DNA from: Takakia lepidozioides
Lineage: Eukaryota; Plantae; Bryophyta
DNA length: 64,000 bases
Reading direction: 5' to 3'
NCBI GenBank assembly: GCA_030704615.1
Contig: CM060732.1
Coordinates: 17,670,001-17,734,000 of the forward strand
The translations under genes were made by a program, and so were the position numbers. The notes beneath the pieces are model-generated. The model was not told where the DNA came from and searched no databases. It saw only the letters and a list, made by a program, of their open reading frames with translations. Positions 1-12,697 of the stretch are shown piece after piece (position 1 is the stretch's first letter; every line of letters starts with the position of its first letter).

Positions 1-1945
1 TTTGTGAAAGCAATGAAGGATCGGAATACATGTGCATGCATCTACCACGTTGAGCTGAACGAACTTCGAATTGGTCTAAACAATATGAGGGTAACTTCTG
101 GTCTTCATGACAAAGAGGTATGTAAGTGCCAATGCTCTGGTTTATGCTTCCACCCTAATCAATCATCTTGTGGAGCACAGTTGAAGGTTTACAAGGGAAT
201 TACCGAATTGTGGGAATCTATTGTTTGCCAAAAAGGGGTTGAGGATGAGTGGCACAAACGTGAATGTCTATTTGGGCAGTGCAAGAAGTGTGGTCTGAAG
301 ATCTTTCCATTCTGCCCTGTTGAAAATGATGGATCAGGCACTGGGCTAGTTGAGTGGAGGAGGTTTGCTATGGAAACCACCATGTCCAAAGCTGGCAAAC
401 CTTTGAAGAAACTGACAATAGTTTACAAGAAAACTACGTCTGACGAGTTTGTGAACTACTTTAAGCCTAAGTTGCATAACTTTGTGAAGCACAACTTTGT
501 GGCACGGTGGGAGGACAAGCAATTCAAGACCTGCATCAACTAGACACAATAGTGTCTGTTGTGGATTTTGCTGAGAACTACAGCTTTGAGATTCAGAATG
601 AGGTTCAGAGTATGCATTGGCATACTTATCAGATTAGTATTCTTGTGCACATTACATTTCGTCATAACCCTGATGCTGATCCATATGACGAGGAATCGCG
701 TATTCTCACGGAGTAACTTCTATATTTCTGACGACCGAAAGGAGTTTGTGCAACATTGTTTCAAGTTGCATTGGAGTCACATGGGTCGTCATGGTTATGC
801 ACCCAAGTGGCATTGGATTTGGTCTGATGGTTGTGCCTCTCAATTTAAAAGCTCAAAGCCGTGGTACTTTGTAAGCAAGTACCCAAATATCACAGGGGGT
901 TGCAAAATCATTTGGAGCTTCTTTGGCAGTGGCCATGGCAAGGGCCCACACGATGGTGCCGGTGCTGTTATCAAGAGGTCGGTTGTCAACTTCATTTTGA
1001 ATATTATTCAGTTTGCACCGAAATATCATGGTGATGCTTCCAAAGACTAAGTACTGTCAACTTGCTTCATATGTTTCACGGTTTTTTCATTGTTGATATC
1101 TTGTCAGGTTTCTAAGAAGAGCACAACTGGATGCTCAAGGACCCAAACTTCACAATGCAGAGGAGGTAGTGGCATTTTTACGAGAGCATTTATCACAGCG
1201 GCCAGAATCTTCCTACTCTGGATTGAGAAGGCCATTGCGCAGGATGTTTTGGCATGTAAAGGCGGATGACGTTGATAGGAGTGGCACTACCTTCAATTGT
1301 GATCCCATCAAAGGATCCATGAAGCTACACTCCATATGTGCAACTAATAAGCACAACTTGTCGCATCTTTTGGTCAAGGACCTTGCTTGTTTTTGTGTTT
1401 TCTGCTTAGATGGTCGGTGGTCTGACTGTATCAATATGCGATGGACGGGACCGTGGATCCCAAAGCAACTACAACTGCATGACACCAAGGCGGTTTGAGA
1501 GGCTATGTATGATGAGTGGGATGGCAATTGGCACACAGGGTTTGATGGCTCTGAATTGGCTGCAACACTTGAAATTGCAGACAATTTTGTCGTGAATGTG
1601 GAGGCTGGCAACTCGGAAGGCGTTTCTTTTTGGATAGTTAACTGTACAAAGACACTCCATGAAGTCAAAAGGCCTTTCAAGGATAAGTGGGGGACATCTT
1701 TTGTTGAAGGGGACGAAGTAGTTGCTGGCCTATATTACCAGAAGTGGGGCACTAGTGAATCCTCTTATGTTTTATTGAAGGACTTTCGACTGGTCTATCT
1801 ACATTCACATTTGGTGCGTGCAGTGAAGTTCCTCATGCCCCCAAAAGATTACAGGGCTAGTGGAAACGATGTTGTATATGAGCTGACTGAAGACGTGCGG
1901 ACTGGTATCAACTCTGTCATAGCATCTTTGGAAGAGGATGATTAG
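1..1945 (+). pseudogene. Sola2-like DDE DNA transposase, 5'-truncated by window edge and disrupted
   Basis: Motifs DFAENYSFEIQNEVQSMHW, WSDGCASQFKS and FFGSGHGKGPHDG, plus a C-terminal CFCxxC. GT-AG intron 978-1107 joins KR|FLRRAQL. Frameshifts near 540 and 715, in-frame stop near 1496. Sola2 assignment rests on remembered motif similarity. Confidence 0.65.
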
Positions 1946-2447
1946 GGATTGGCATAGGCTGGATGCCTTGCAACTGAAGTACTGAGGTTGGCAACAGAAG
2001 TGCTCATGACTGTACGAAACCGAATGCATTTGCTGAATTGTGCAGGGGCCACAATGTTGATATGTGTTGACTTAGTGTAGCATTCTTTCTGCAACCTTTG
2101 CAGGATCTAGTCTACACGATGGTTACTTCAACTAAGAGCCCAGTGGTCAGGGTAGGGTGGACAGATTGTGGCTGGTCCAGGTTCAAACTCGTGTTCAAGA
2201 TTATGCTATGTGGTCCAGAGGAGGGCAGATGGTGTTTGGAATATCTGGAAGCAGCATTGGGGAAACATAAATGGGATGTGTAAGTGGTCACACTGAAATT
2301 TTGTGCATAGGTGCCCATGTCCAGCATAAATAATCCTACAGTCTACTGGCCAGGTGGTTACCATAATATGAGAATTGACAACACTAGTGGTAACAATTTT
2401 TTATCATTTGCATGAGCATGACACTAGTGTAGTGTTTTTCTTATAAG

Positions 2448-3272
2448 GTGACCATACGGGTGCGACATGGCCGGAACCCTCAAATAGGAGATAAATTCAG
2501 CAGTTGGCATGGTCAGAAGGGAGTGTTGTCACAACTATGGCCTGATGTTGATATGTCTTTTTCTTCAGAAACCGGCATGCGTCCAGACATCATCATCAAT
2601 TGCGACACATGGTGTCTGACAAGTATCAGGTATCAACATTTTGAGGAGCAAGAGAGGAGAGACGGTAGGGGGGGTGTTGTTTGGAGGTTTTCCCTTTTTG
2701 TGCTTGCCATTTATTGGTCTGTTGAACCCAATTTTCTTCCCCAAGTGCCCTTTCATGGCTCTTTTTTATGGTCTGGTTTCAGAGGCTTCTCGCATTACAC
2801 CCTCTTAAGCTCCATAGTATGGGCACATGCTGGCCGGGCCTGTAAGAATATGTGATTAATATACTTCTATTCTTGAACAGGTAGGCCTGTGATCCAGTAA
2901 CAAGGCAGCCAGTAAAAGGCCAAGAATTTGGGGGAGGAATTCAGTTTGGGGAGATGGAGCGTGATGCCCTACTGGCCCATGGTGCAGCGTCCTTGCTGCA
3001 CGACCGACTGCATGCATGCTCAGGCTACCGCACAGCATATGTGTGCTCACTCTGTGGTAGCCTTTTGTCCCCCTTGCCTCTGTCCCACAGCAAAGGCAGT
3101 GTTGGGTTTGGTATAAGGCCTTCCTTTTGCAGGTGGTAAGGGCAACAAGGTTATCTGTCGTGTGTGCAACACAAGTAGAGGCATCTAGGGGGTGGCCATG
3201 CCCTTCGTTTTTAGATATCTAGCTGCTGAGCTGGCAGCCATGAATATCAAGTTGACTCTCTATATCAGATGA
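2448..3272 (+). pseudogene. NRPA2: RNA polymerase I second-largest subunit C-terminal fragment (pseudogene)
   Basis: [28 protein letters not shown]...GMRPDIIIN (2448-2600), then [34 protein letters not shown] and MPFVFRYLAAELAAMNIKL to a TGA at 3272. The last motif is typical of the Pol I subunit. The middle part is missing, and frameshifts and a stop are present. Confidence 0.85.
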
Positions 3273-3699
3273 TCAAGTAGAAAGGTGGTCAAGGTAGTCA
3301 GTATTTTCATGTGCGGTGATGCTCATGGCTTCTTGCACTCTTCGTGCCATGGTCTCCTAGTGTGCTTGTACCATTTGGGCTGGTATTGAATGTCAAGAGG
3401 TTGCCTTTGATGACTCTGTTGTTTGCGATCTTTTGGAGACATCAATGCTGATTGATTTCGCTCCCATTGTAAGCACATTGCTTGCTGATATTGTAGGGGC
3501 AGTGATAAGGTGCCAGTACAACAAATCAGTAGGCACTTAACATGTTTGCTTCTCTTAACACATTAAACTATACTATTCCAAATGCACCTTAGTCATGTGA
3601 AGTCATTATTGGTCAAAAGTGGCTTTTCTTCTTCATTTTGAGAGACTGAGATCTGAATATGAAAGCCTTGGATGGTGTATAAGTATCTGTCAGTAAAGA

Positions 3700-3830
3700 G
3701 TGCCAGTAAATGGATCAGGAAATGGGCTTTGGTAACAAGAAATGGACCAGTAAATGGTGCCAGTATTAAATGGATCAGTAAAAGGACTTTGGAACCAAGA
3801 AATGGACCGGCATATGGACTTTGGTACCAG
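3700..3830. repeat. Degenerate ~58-bp tandem repeat
   Basis: Two copies of gtgccagt..aaatggatcag...ctttgg.a.caagaaatggacc. Confidence 0.6.
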
Positions 3831-4400
3831 TAATTGGACATAGTAACTTGATACATGTGGTCTAAGTACTGTAGTGCAGGAAGATATCGTGCCTATTCAT
3901 TCTTGGCATTGTCTTTCAGCAACCATGAATCAGATGTGCATTCAAACGGAGTCACCCTTTATACTAATATCATTATTTGGCAAGATCCTTGGTGATCAAA
4001 GCTTGCTCATCACTGGACCCTCAAATCTGATGTGAATTCCATGTATGCAGCCCACACTTGAATCTGATATTCAGTATGCTCCCCTTCCCCCATTATCAAC
4101 CATCGTATTCTGAATTGATTAAAAAAGTAAAAATAAAAATAAACCCAGCAACGCTCACTAGCCTCATTTAATGTCTTACATCCAAACAATGTCATAATAG
4201 CATCAGTTTCTAAGCTTCCACATCTGTAGCACTTCTATCCTCCAACATTCATGCATGTTTTGGTATGTACTCAGAAACCAAAGTGGTCGAGAGAGAAATA
4301 AGGACAAAGAAAGAGAAATAAATATTCAACCAAGTCTTCATTGATGTTTCAGTGGCATATGGACAGAAGCTGGTCTGCCTTCTACATCAGCGGGGCAAGC

Positions 4401-5735
4401 TTACAAATGTCTCTGACTTCTCTGCATAGTGAAGGAGCTCTCCAGTTTGTGGATCAGCCACAAGTTCGCCAAACTCAGTAGCCACCTCCTTTGATACCTA
4501 TAACCCATCACATCCCAGTTAGATCTCCACTGGTTCCAGAACTCACTTGTTTCAGGTGATGCACTAGTCTCTACCACCACCTCTCTGCTGTACTGCATAA
4601 TCCAAGCTCTTAATAAGCCATCCCCACTACTCTGGAAAATACAATAGTACTAAGAGAGCCTTTCATTTTCACCCCACCTTAATCTACTATATCCTATCAG
4701 ATTTCCAAGTTCCATCCCTGACTAAATGACATGAATTCCAGCAGCTCGAAGCTGATGAAATCCCTGCAATCCGCAATAACTAAACATTAATCTAAATGAC
4801 AGTTAGCCACAGCACGCTCCAGACCAAAACTGCACGCCACAACCAACTAATGTGAGCAATCCACCCGTGACCAATCTTGACATTACTACTACGATACAAC
4901 ATCCAAAATGGAATAAGAAAACCAGCACAAAGCCCCACCATTAATCAGACCAGCAAATTTCAGGGCCCTGTGGCAAATGACGTACTTGCAGATTGTCCAA
5001 CAAGGGTCACAACTTCAACTTCCCCTTCGACCCACGAGTATGAGTACGAGCAGCACGGGTCGTCTTCGCAATTGAGATCCTTTCTGCAACAGGCTTCTTC
5101 TTGCTTGTTCTCCTTGATGGGGAACCCCCCTTTGAAGCCTTATGCTTAGACTCCCCCTTAGATGACAGCTGACCCTTATTTGCATCGTGCTCTTTTGAAC
5201 TGGATTTCTTCTTTTTGGGTGGTCCCTCTAGAAAGTCCCCACTCTGCACCTCATGATCTAAACGCTTTACCGATTTTTTCTTCTTCACAAGTAACAATAC
5301 TTCTTCTAGGTCCCCAGTGTCTTCGACATCATCCTCAGCTTCACTTTCAGTGGAGTCCTTCTCCTCATGGGGCTGGTCACTTTCCTCAGCACTACTATCT
5401 TCAGACTTAGAAATTGACACTTGTGTCACATTGACAGGTTTGCTACAGTGGTCTTGATCTTTCCCACCTGCAATATTATCATCTCTCAACATATAACTGT
5501 CACCTGCCCTCTTCTGTCTCTCTCTATTTGGGCTTGTAAACTCACCTTCAGGTGCCTCACGGTTGGGTGGGGATTTAAATTGTTTGCTACCCACACTAGG
5601 AGTAACGCCAGGGTTATAATTCTGTAAGCTTGGCGGTATGCGGGTGATAGCCGTTTTCACAACACTAGGATGTGTTCCTGAGAAAGAAATGGAGGCTCGT
5701 TTAGGGTGCTGCTCCACATAAAACCCTGTACCCAA
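4401..5735 (-). pseudogene. Unknown, probably TE-borne, multi-exon gene remnant (acidic/basic low-complexity N-part, Trp-rich C-part)
   Basis: 242-aa ORF 5007-5735 with an acidic tract and PPKKKK NLS-like runs; downstream Trp-rich ORF 4401-4598 preceded by a tttccag acceptor. No family recognised. Confidence 0.3.
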
Positions 5736-5899
5736 CCTCGAATTATGGACTTATTCGCAATTAGCAAGACATAGACAAGTACATGGACTATACAATGGAG
5801 TATAAATGGACTTACATGTAGTTGCCTGATGGGAATTGGACTAAAAGGACTAGTATGAAAACTGATGGACTGTTCGTATGGATTCAAAGTACTCATATG

Positions 5900-6063
5900 G
5901 ACAAAATGTGAGACTAACACACTCAGTTGTAATATGAAAGTATTGTCATAGTACTCACATGGACATTCTATGGAGTTAAATGACAAAATTCGAGACTAAC
6001 ACACTTGGTTGTAATATGAAAGTACTGTCATAGTACTGACATGGACATTCTATGGAGTTAAAT
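5900..6063. repeat. 82-bp tandem duplication
   Basis: gagactaacacact..gttgtaatatgaaagta.tgtcatagtact.acatggacattctatggagttaaat occurs at 5910 and 5992. Confidence 0.9.
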
Positions 6064-6371
6064 AGAGAACCTATGAAGGCAAAGGACTCTAACACATGTT
6101 TCAAAGACCTCTATGGACTGTTGCTAGACTGCCTGTATTTCATGTACTCATATGGACAATAGATGGCAAGCAAGTTCTAAGTTTACACTAACATCAGTCC
6201 TAAATGTAGCAACACTAATAGTTGATGTAAGATAAGTACTAAGGCTCTCTTTACCTAGAGTTTTGCATAATCTGTAGTCTATTTCAAGTGGATACTAGGG
6301 ACTCAAGGGAGTAAAAAGAAGCACAATGGCAGTTCTGGACCCTAGACTAGAGGACTCACCAAAGTATAGTT

Positions 6372-8042
6372 TCAAGAATAGTTTTGGGACTCACCTGGAG
6401 TGGTGCGATCTTCAGGTGTGCGCTGTTGATGCTGATCTCCTTCATTACTTCCAGTACCCGGCTTCTGGAAGCCAGCACAGACCCACCAACCTTCCTGCAT
6501 TTCCTCTTCATAGAGTCGCTCGATACATTTAGTTGAACGACTAAAGTGGACATTTCCACACCAAGGGTGGTAAACATGTTTACATGAAGCTATCATCCCT
6601 GCCCACACTGGTTCAAATCCCAGCCCACAAAAGGGACAATGTTCAACCCACAAGCTGCTTGGTAAACTTGCTGTGTTTCCCATGATTGATGTAGATGGAA
6701 GAGGTAAACATAAAGAATATTTGGCCAGGCCCCTCTGCACCTTTCTTGTAAGTGTACTGCGGCTTCATGGTGGCGTTTAGCCAACGTGACTTTATCTTCT
6801 AGAGCATACAATCTGCCGCCTATGACTTCCGAGTCACAATTGACACGCTCATTCTCTTCCTTACCTTCACTAGCAAGTGCTTGGAAAGCGTCGACTACGC
6901 TCCTCTGTGAGTCTATCTTTTTCTGCAACACATCTCTCGATACAGATGCCTCCTCACATTTCAGACTCTCTAACTCAGCAAGCAAGGATGTCAGGCAATT
7001 TTGGGCTCCTGTCAAATGGTTATTTCGATCCTCCATTTGGCTCTGTGCTCGCATGCATGCCATCGCAGTGTCTTCCTTAAGTTGCTTGGCCAACAGTATC
7101 TTCTCATGGGCCTCCTCTAGCATCTTCTGTGCAAAAGCGACATATTGTTGAAGCTCTTCTGGGACAACACCTGCACAAAGAAAGCGTACACATGCAATAT
7201 TAGACCATCTTCCGTCACACATTAAACCCTAAACACCTTCATTGACGTGAAAGAACGAGAAGCGAGTTTTTCCCAAAATGTAGGTCCAGACACTAAATCG
7301 TAGTACATGCATTGCTTTTAGTTTTCCCATTGTTGTCATGTCCTTGCTCTTCCACTTTGAAGTCCACCTCTTCACCTACACTTAGCATTGACAGGGCCTC
7401 AGACATTGCCTTACGTCGTCGCTGCTCAGCATTCGTCCACTCTCCATAGAGAGCCCAGTTCATCTTCTTTCCTTGGTGCTCACATGTAATTCCTCTAGCC
7501 ATACCCAGTGAAATCAGTCGTGAACCTACACTTAGCATTGACAGGGCCTCAGACATTGCCTTACGTCGTCGCTGCTCAGGATTCGTCCACTCTCCATAGA
7601 GAGCCCAGTTCATCTTCTTTCCTTGGTGCTCACATGTAATTCCTCTAGCCATACCCAGTGAAATCAGTCGTGAAGATGGAACATATGCCTTCTGGTGTAG
7701 TATCATCCATAGGTTTTCTACTCTCGCTATCAACCCTTGGTCATTATTGTGAATGTAACTATGTCCGTTTTTGTTGATGACTGGCCCAAACAGTTTTTCG
7801 ACGTCTTCTGAGCTAACATCTCTGGGCACCCTGACACGTTTAGGACTCAACCCTTCAGCGCACAACCCATACTTCTCTGCGAAAGTTTTCCTAGTTAGAG
7901 AGCCGCCATCGCCCAACTCAGGAACCGTTCCATAAAGAAGCATTGAGAAACCAGGCCGCAAGCCCTTTCCGTGATATTCCCCCTCTTGCTTCACTTTGCG
8001 TAAAATGTCAGATCTCACAGTGGGGTCAACATTAGTATCCAT
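6372..8042 (-). pseudogene. TE accessory gene: N-terminal domain + coiled coil + RING-H2-like zinc finger (frameshifted)
   Basis: ORF 7293-8042 is followed by an acceptor tgtgcag near 7171, a heptad-rich helical ORF 6593-7222, then a frame change to CPFC-x14-CKH-x2-H-x2-C-x10-C, a RING-H2-like pattern whose last Cys appears lost. Confidence 0.5.
7374..7674. repeat. In-frame 150-bp (50 aa) tandem duplication
   Basis: cttagcattg... at 7381 and 7531; the copies differ at one base (7430 c / 7580 g). Protein repeat SRLISLGMARGITCEHQGKKMNWALYGEWTN.EQRRRKAMSEALSMLSVG. Confidence 0.95.
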
Positions 8043-8329
8043 TGTGTATTCTAAGAGGTCATACGTTCTTCTAACTATTCACGCTCGCCAAATCACTCAG
8101 GCACGTCCGAGGTGTTAGAGCTGTACTTCAAATCGACAGTGACACTCACAGATACAACAGGACCCAAGTGAGAGACGGATACGCGCGATAGCATGTATTC
8201 CCACTCCATAGAAACATGGAGACCGGTGATCGTCGGTAATCGCACCGGCACGTCGACTATCGCGATTTGAAAATCCCGCCTTTAATGATGCGTCATAGTC
8301 AGCAATAGACGGTCAAGATCATAAAGTAC

Positions 8330-8416
8330 TTGAATGAATCCAATGGTTGAAAATTTGCGTTGCCAACCTTATGTACTCTTATGTAGGCCACAACTCCAAC
8401 TTTTTGGTCCACACTC
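8330..8416. mobile_element. Putative right terminus of the Sola2-like element (reads GAGTGTGGACCAAAAAG... on minus strand)
   Basis: Sequence changes to PPR-like material after ...ttttggtccacactc. A 5'-GRG terminus matches Sola2. The partner terminus is outside the window. Confidence 0.35.
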
Positions 8417-8439
8417 TTCGTTGCAACTACCCATATTGC

Positions 8440-8880
8440 ATATTGATGCCAAAATGCCGAAATGAGACATGGTCTCCTGGACTGCAATAATTGCAAGATG
8501 TACTGAGCAAGGGCATGGTGAAGAGGCATTTGAACTCTTTGGGCAAATGCCACAAGAAGGTGTAGAGCCCGACGAGGTCACTCTCATTTGCATCCTCAAA
8601 AGGTGTGCCAGCCCAACAGCTCTAGGGCAAGGCAAGGGGCTTCATGCCCACATTGTCATAGCTGAATTTGAATCAGATGTCTATGTAGGAACTAGCCTTG
8701 TCCATATGTATGCCAAGTGTGGGAGTTTGGTGGATGTGCGAAAGATGTTTGAAAAATATCTAGGCGAGATGTGATTTCATGGAATGCTCACGGAAGAGGC
8801 ATTTCAGCTCTTTCGGCAAATGCAACTAGAAGGCATCACGCCTGACAAGGTCACCTTTGCTAGTATCCTCAACAGATGTG
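8440..8880 (+). pseudogene. PLS-class PPR gene fragment
   Basis: VSWTAIIA...GHGEEAFELFGQM...EPDEVT and VGTSLVHMYAKCGSL motifs; frameshifted and truncated. Confidence 0.9.
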
Positions 8881-10378
8881 GCAGGATTTCCGACTAGTCC
8901 ATCCTCCCAACATTCCTGATCCGAACTTTCCTGTGGGACCACTTCCAGTGGAACAACATATTCATCAAGGTGTGGTCCTTCTTGTGGGTAAGTATCCCAC
9001 TACACGCTATGGGGTGTGGATTCGGTGTCGAGATCCGACTCCTCGACACTTGAGTCGCCAAGAGTCAGCAGAGAGTCTTATTGCTGAGGTTCGTGGATTC
9101 AGAAACGTGCCTCAGCCAGGTTATGGGAGAATTTACCAGCTACAAACAGAGGGATATACCGGGGCAGGATTGGTTTACAATGTATACATTGGTTTTCCAT
9201 CTTGTGATTGTCCCGACTTTGATGAGCTATCTGTCAAGAAGAAAAAACAAAGAAGAAGTAAAGAGAGAAGTATGACGCCTCCCAGAAAAAACAAACATAT
9301 CTACCTTGTAAGCATATGTACTTCATGTACAACGCACATCTAGGATGCGCCGGGGCTTATGAGATCCACCAACCTTCCCTTAGCCAGTTAGAGGTTAGGG
9401 CTATGCTAAAGAAGGACCAACTTCTTAGTGACACATGAAATGCACAAAAAAAGAACCTCTAACTTGTGCCGTTCATTTTCATGCATGTGACATGTAATTA
9501 TCTTGTTACTACTTTATCCCAAACATGACACATATGCATTTATTAGTACGGAAGTTCCTATTTTGGTTAAAATGGAACTTGTTTTCCTGTCATACAAGTT
9601 TTCAAATTAATTTTTTCTCAAACATGACACATATGCATTTGTTAGTACAAAAGTCTATATTTTGGTTAATATGAAACTGTTTTCCTTGAATACAAGTTTG
9701 CAAACTATTACTTTGGAAAGGGATCTTGTATTCTCTTCAGTTTAAGGTGGTGCATTAGTTGGAGTTAAGGGTCACATGCATCTTTGACCATTGACTACTG
9801 ATTTTGTTAGCTAAGAAAAACATTTTTTTCTATATACATATGATGTAACATTTGCATGTGCAATAAATACGTCGTATTCTATGTTATATAACTCCACTGC
9901 ATACAATCTACAATGTGTGCATACAAATTTATCACATGCATATATAATAAGGGATTTTGTGCATGCATGCACGCAACATGTGCATATGGAATATCAACCC
10001 CCGATCGACCAGGACGGGAGTGCTAGAGATCATCGTTGGAGCCTACCTATGTTTTTGGAATATTCCACTCAAGTCCCAAGCCCTGCGGGCCGCGTCCCTA
10101 TTGTGCATAACCTACACTCATTTAGCTCCACAACACCATGAAAGTAAATATTTATAATGTGATTATTGGGTATTCTCTATATTAAGTAACAATGTCGAAA
10201 GTCTAAACCAAAAGTTAGGTTAGGACTTAAAATTGCTAAGAACCTAGACACGCATTCCTCCTGCCCTCAGTCCCCTAAACCCTATGACTAAACCCCTAAA
10301 CCCTAAACCCAAGCTGTAGGTACGTGGACCCATGTAAGCCATTTAGGGTTATGATTAGGTCCCCATTATTATTTTCGT
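8881..10378 (+). mobile_element. 3' fragment of a Mutator-like element (SWIM-finger region and putative ...TTTTCGT terminus)
   Basis: YNVYIGFPSCDCPDF...KHIY resembles a SWIM finger. AAACCCT-like subterminal repeats at 10277-10310. Ends in CGT, like the element at 19572-21151. Confidence 0.5.
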
Positions 10379-10764
10379 GACAATGAGATTGATATTGCCA
10401 ACATACCTGCACAATGTCACTTTGCCCCAAACACAATTTTGGCTTAGGGCAGTAGAGTCTGAATTCTTCTTGACTAGGTTAGTATGTAACATAGTTTTTT
10501 GTTATCCTATCTATATTGTTGAAGCTTGCTTCATGAATCCCTCATTCAACTGCCACATATTAGAGTAGATTCAGTAAAAAGAATATGCAAATCAAATAAA
10601 TCACCAAAAAGTTACACGTCATATCCACATATTTCATTCTATGAAATGTGATTTTGAATTGTTTTCTGAAAATACAATTATCAAAATTATTGGGTGAGTT
10701 TGATCACCCAAGAATCACCTATAATTTCCATGAAATTATGAAAAACTGAAATATTTTATATACA

Positions 10765-11747
10765 TCAATATATGAAGCAAGGTAGTTTGTTTGTTTTGTT
10801 TTGTAGCGGCGAGATGTCCCAAACCGCGGGGCCCAGCCATGGTGCTTGGTACTGCTGGAAAGCCCTCGATGAGTAGGGGTGCACCGACTTGGTTTCACAA
10901 AATTTGGACCTACGGGCCGAGACTTGCACTTGGGGTTAGATGACACTGGACACTTGGGCCGAGAGTTATGGAATTATGAACAATTTTGGTCGCTAGAAAT
11001 TCAACCAAATTACAAAATCGTGTGTTGGAAGGACACTGGAGGTCACACTTGGGCCTTGATATGAGAGATGTACTTGGATACATAGGAGATTGCACACTGG
11101 GCACATAGGAGATTGGCAGACTTGGGCACTTAGATGGGCCTCGACATAGGAGACGTACATGGGAGACACACTTGGATACATAGGAGATTGCACTTGGGCT
11201 TAGATGATACTGGACACTTGGGCCTTTACATGGGATATGCATTTGGATACATAGAAGATTGCGCTTGGGCTTAGATGGGCCTCGACATAGGAGACGCACT
11301 TGGATACATAGGAAATTGCACTTGGTCTTAGATTTCAATTCTTCACACATGGGCCAATGGCATAGGCTACACTAGAGGTCGCACTTGGGCCTCGACATAG
11401 GAGACGCACTGGGATACATAGGTAATTGCACTTGATCTTAGATTTCAACTCTTCACACATGGGGGCTATTCCCAACTCTGCCGGGAAAATGAAGCAACAC
11501 TCCTTGTTCTGCCACCATTTGGGATTGACTTTTGACAATATACATGTCAAGGGAGAGAACCTCTTGAGAGTCAGAGATAGGAGCCAGAGAGTCTTTCCAA
11601 ACCACTCTGGACACTTGGGCCAACGACACAGGCTACCCTAGAGGTCACACTTGGGCCTCGACATAGGAGAGGCACTTGGATACATAGGAGATTGCACTTG
11701 GGCTTAGATGACACTGGACACTTCGCCAACGGCACAGGCTACCCTAG
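10765..11747 (+). mobile_element. Non-autonomous Helitron with internal tandem subrepeats
   Basis: A|TC 5' end at 10765; 3' end gccaacggc hairpin + acaggctaccCTAG|T at 11747. Many internal cacttggatacataggagattgcacttgggc repeats. Confidence 0.75.
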
Positions 11748-11759
11748 TATCCATGGTGG

Positions 11760-11929
11760 AAAGTGATAGTGACTAAATGGTGACAAAAATCACTCTGTAA
11801 GACCGCAGACACAGTCCATGGCCATGTATGCACATTTGATAATTTGGTGATTTTTTTAGTGACTTAGGACATAGGATGATTTTGCTTGGGGATTCTTGCC
11901 GGTGACAAAAGACAACTTTTGTTGTTGTG
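11760..11929. mobile_element. Possible degenerate CACTA-type right end
   Basis: Repeated gtgac/gtgat motifs ending ttttgttgttgtg, one base from ...tagtg. Confidence 0.25.
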
Positions 11930-12559
11930 ATCTCAAGCCCGGATAGTCTTCACTTAGAAATGTGCAAGTTTGGATTGTGCGAGAAACTCATGGCCTTCAA
12001 CCAAACTGTCTTTTTGGCTCTGCTGTAGGGAAGAACAGACGTTTACCAAAGCCACAATAGTGCAAATGTTACATTATTCCAATTTCCCAATTGTGAGATT
12101 TGTTGCCCTCTCTGGCTATGCAATCTAGCAACAGTGACAGCTCCCTCGGAGGGGGCATGGAGTCTCGTCTCTCTATCTCTCACTCTACACTAGACCGAAA
12201 TTTTAACTCAAGGTGGGAATCTTGAGGCTGAGCCTAAAGCCCTGGCCCCGTTGGAGTATAATTGTTGGGTGTGTTGCAAGTTGATGTTTGTGTGAAGGGA
12301 TATCTTTAAAACCCGAACTAATTATCTCTACTAAGGTAAGTCATTCTACTGGAGTGAGCCCCTCACAAAGGTAGCATCTATTTCGTTTTGTTCCTCACAA
12401 AACTGGACACAGGGTCGATGGCCACAAGGCTACAGCATTGAGCAAACAATGTTTACGTGTACATTCCCTCTGTATTTGTCAGACCATAATCAGAGGACTC
12501 AACACCTGAAAATCCTTTCAGCCAGTTCCATAAGCTTCAGACAGCTCAAGAAGTTATCT

Positions 12560-12697
12560 TGGTTTCCCGGGCAGTATGGGCAGGTTAAAAAAAAATGACG
12601 ACGATGAAACGTGGCGACGATGACATGGCACAAAGACACCCCATTCCTGCCCTACACTAAAACTAGTCTCCCACCTTTGGTCTTTGGTTGTCACTAG
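12560..12697 (+). repeat. Dispersed repeat family H2, copy 1 (Helitron-like 3' end)
   Basis: cgggcag..tgggc...acgtggcgacgatgacatggcac...ctac.ctaaactag...CTAG; homologous to 33090-33241 and 39630-39757. Confidence 0.6.

Noticed and set aside
10277-10310. Interstitial telomere (AAACCCT)n
   Set aside because: Only about three to four imperfect units; similar telo-box-like motifs occur in other TE subtermini here.
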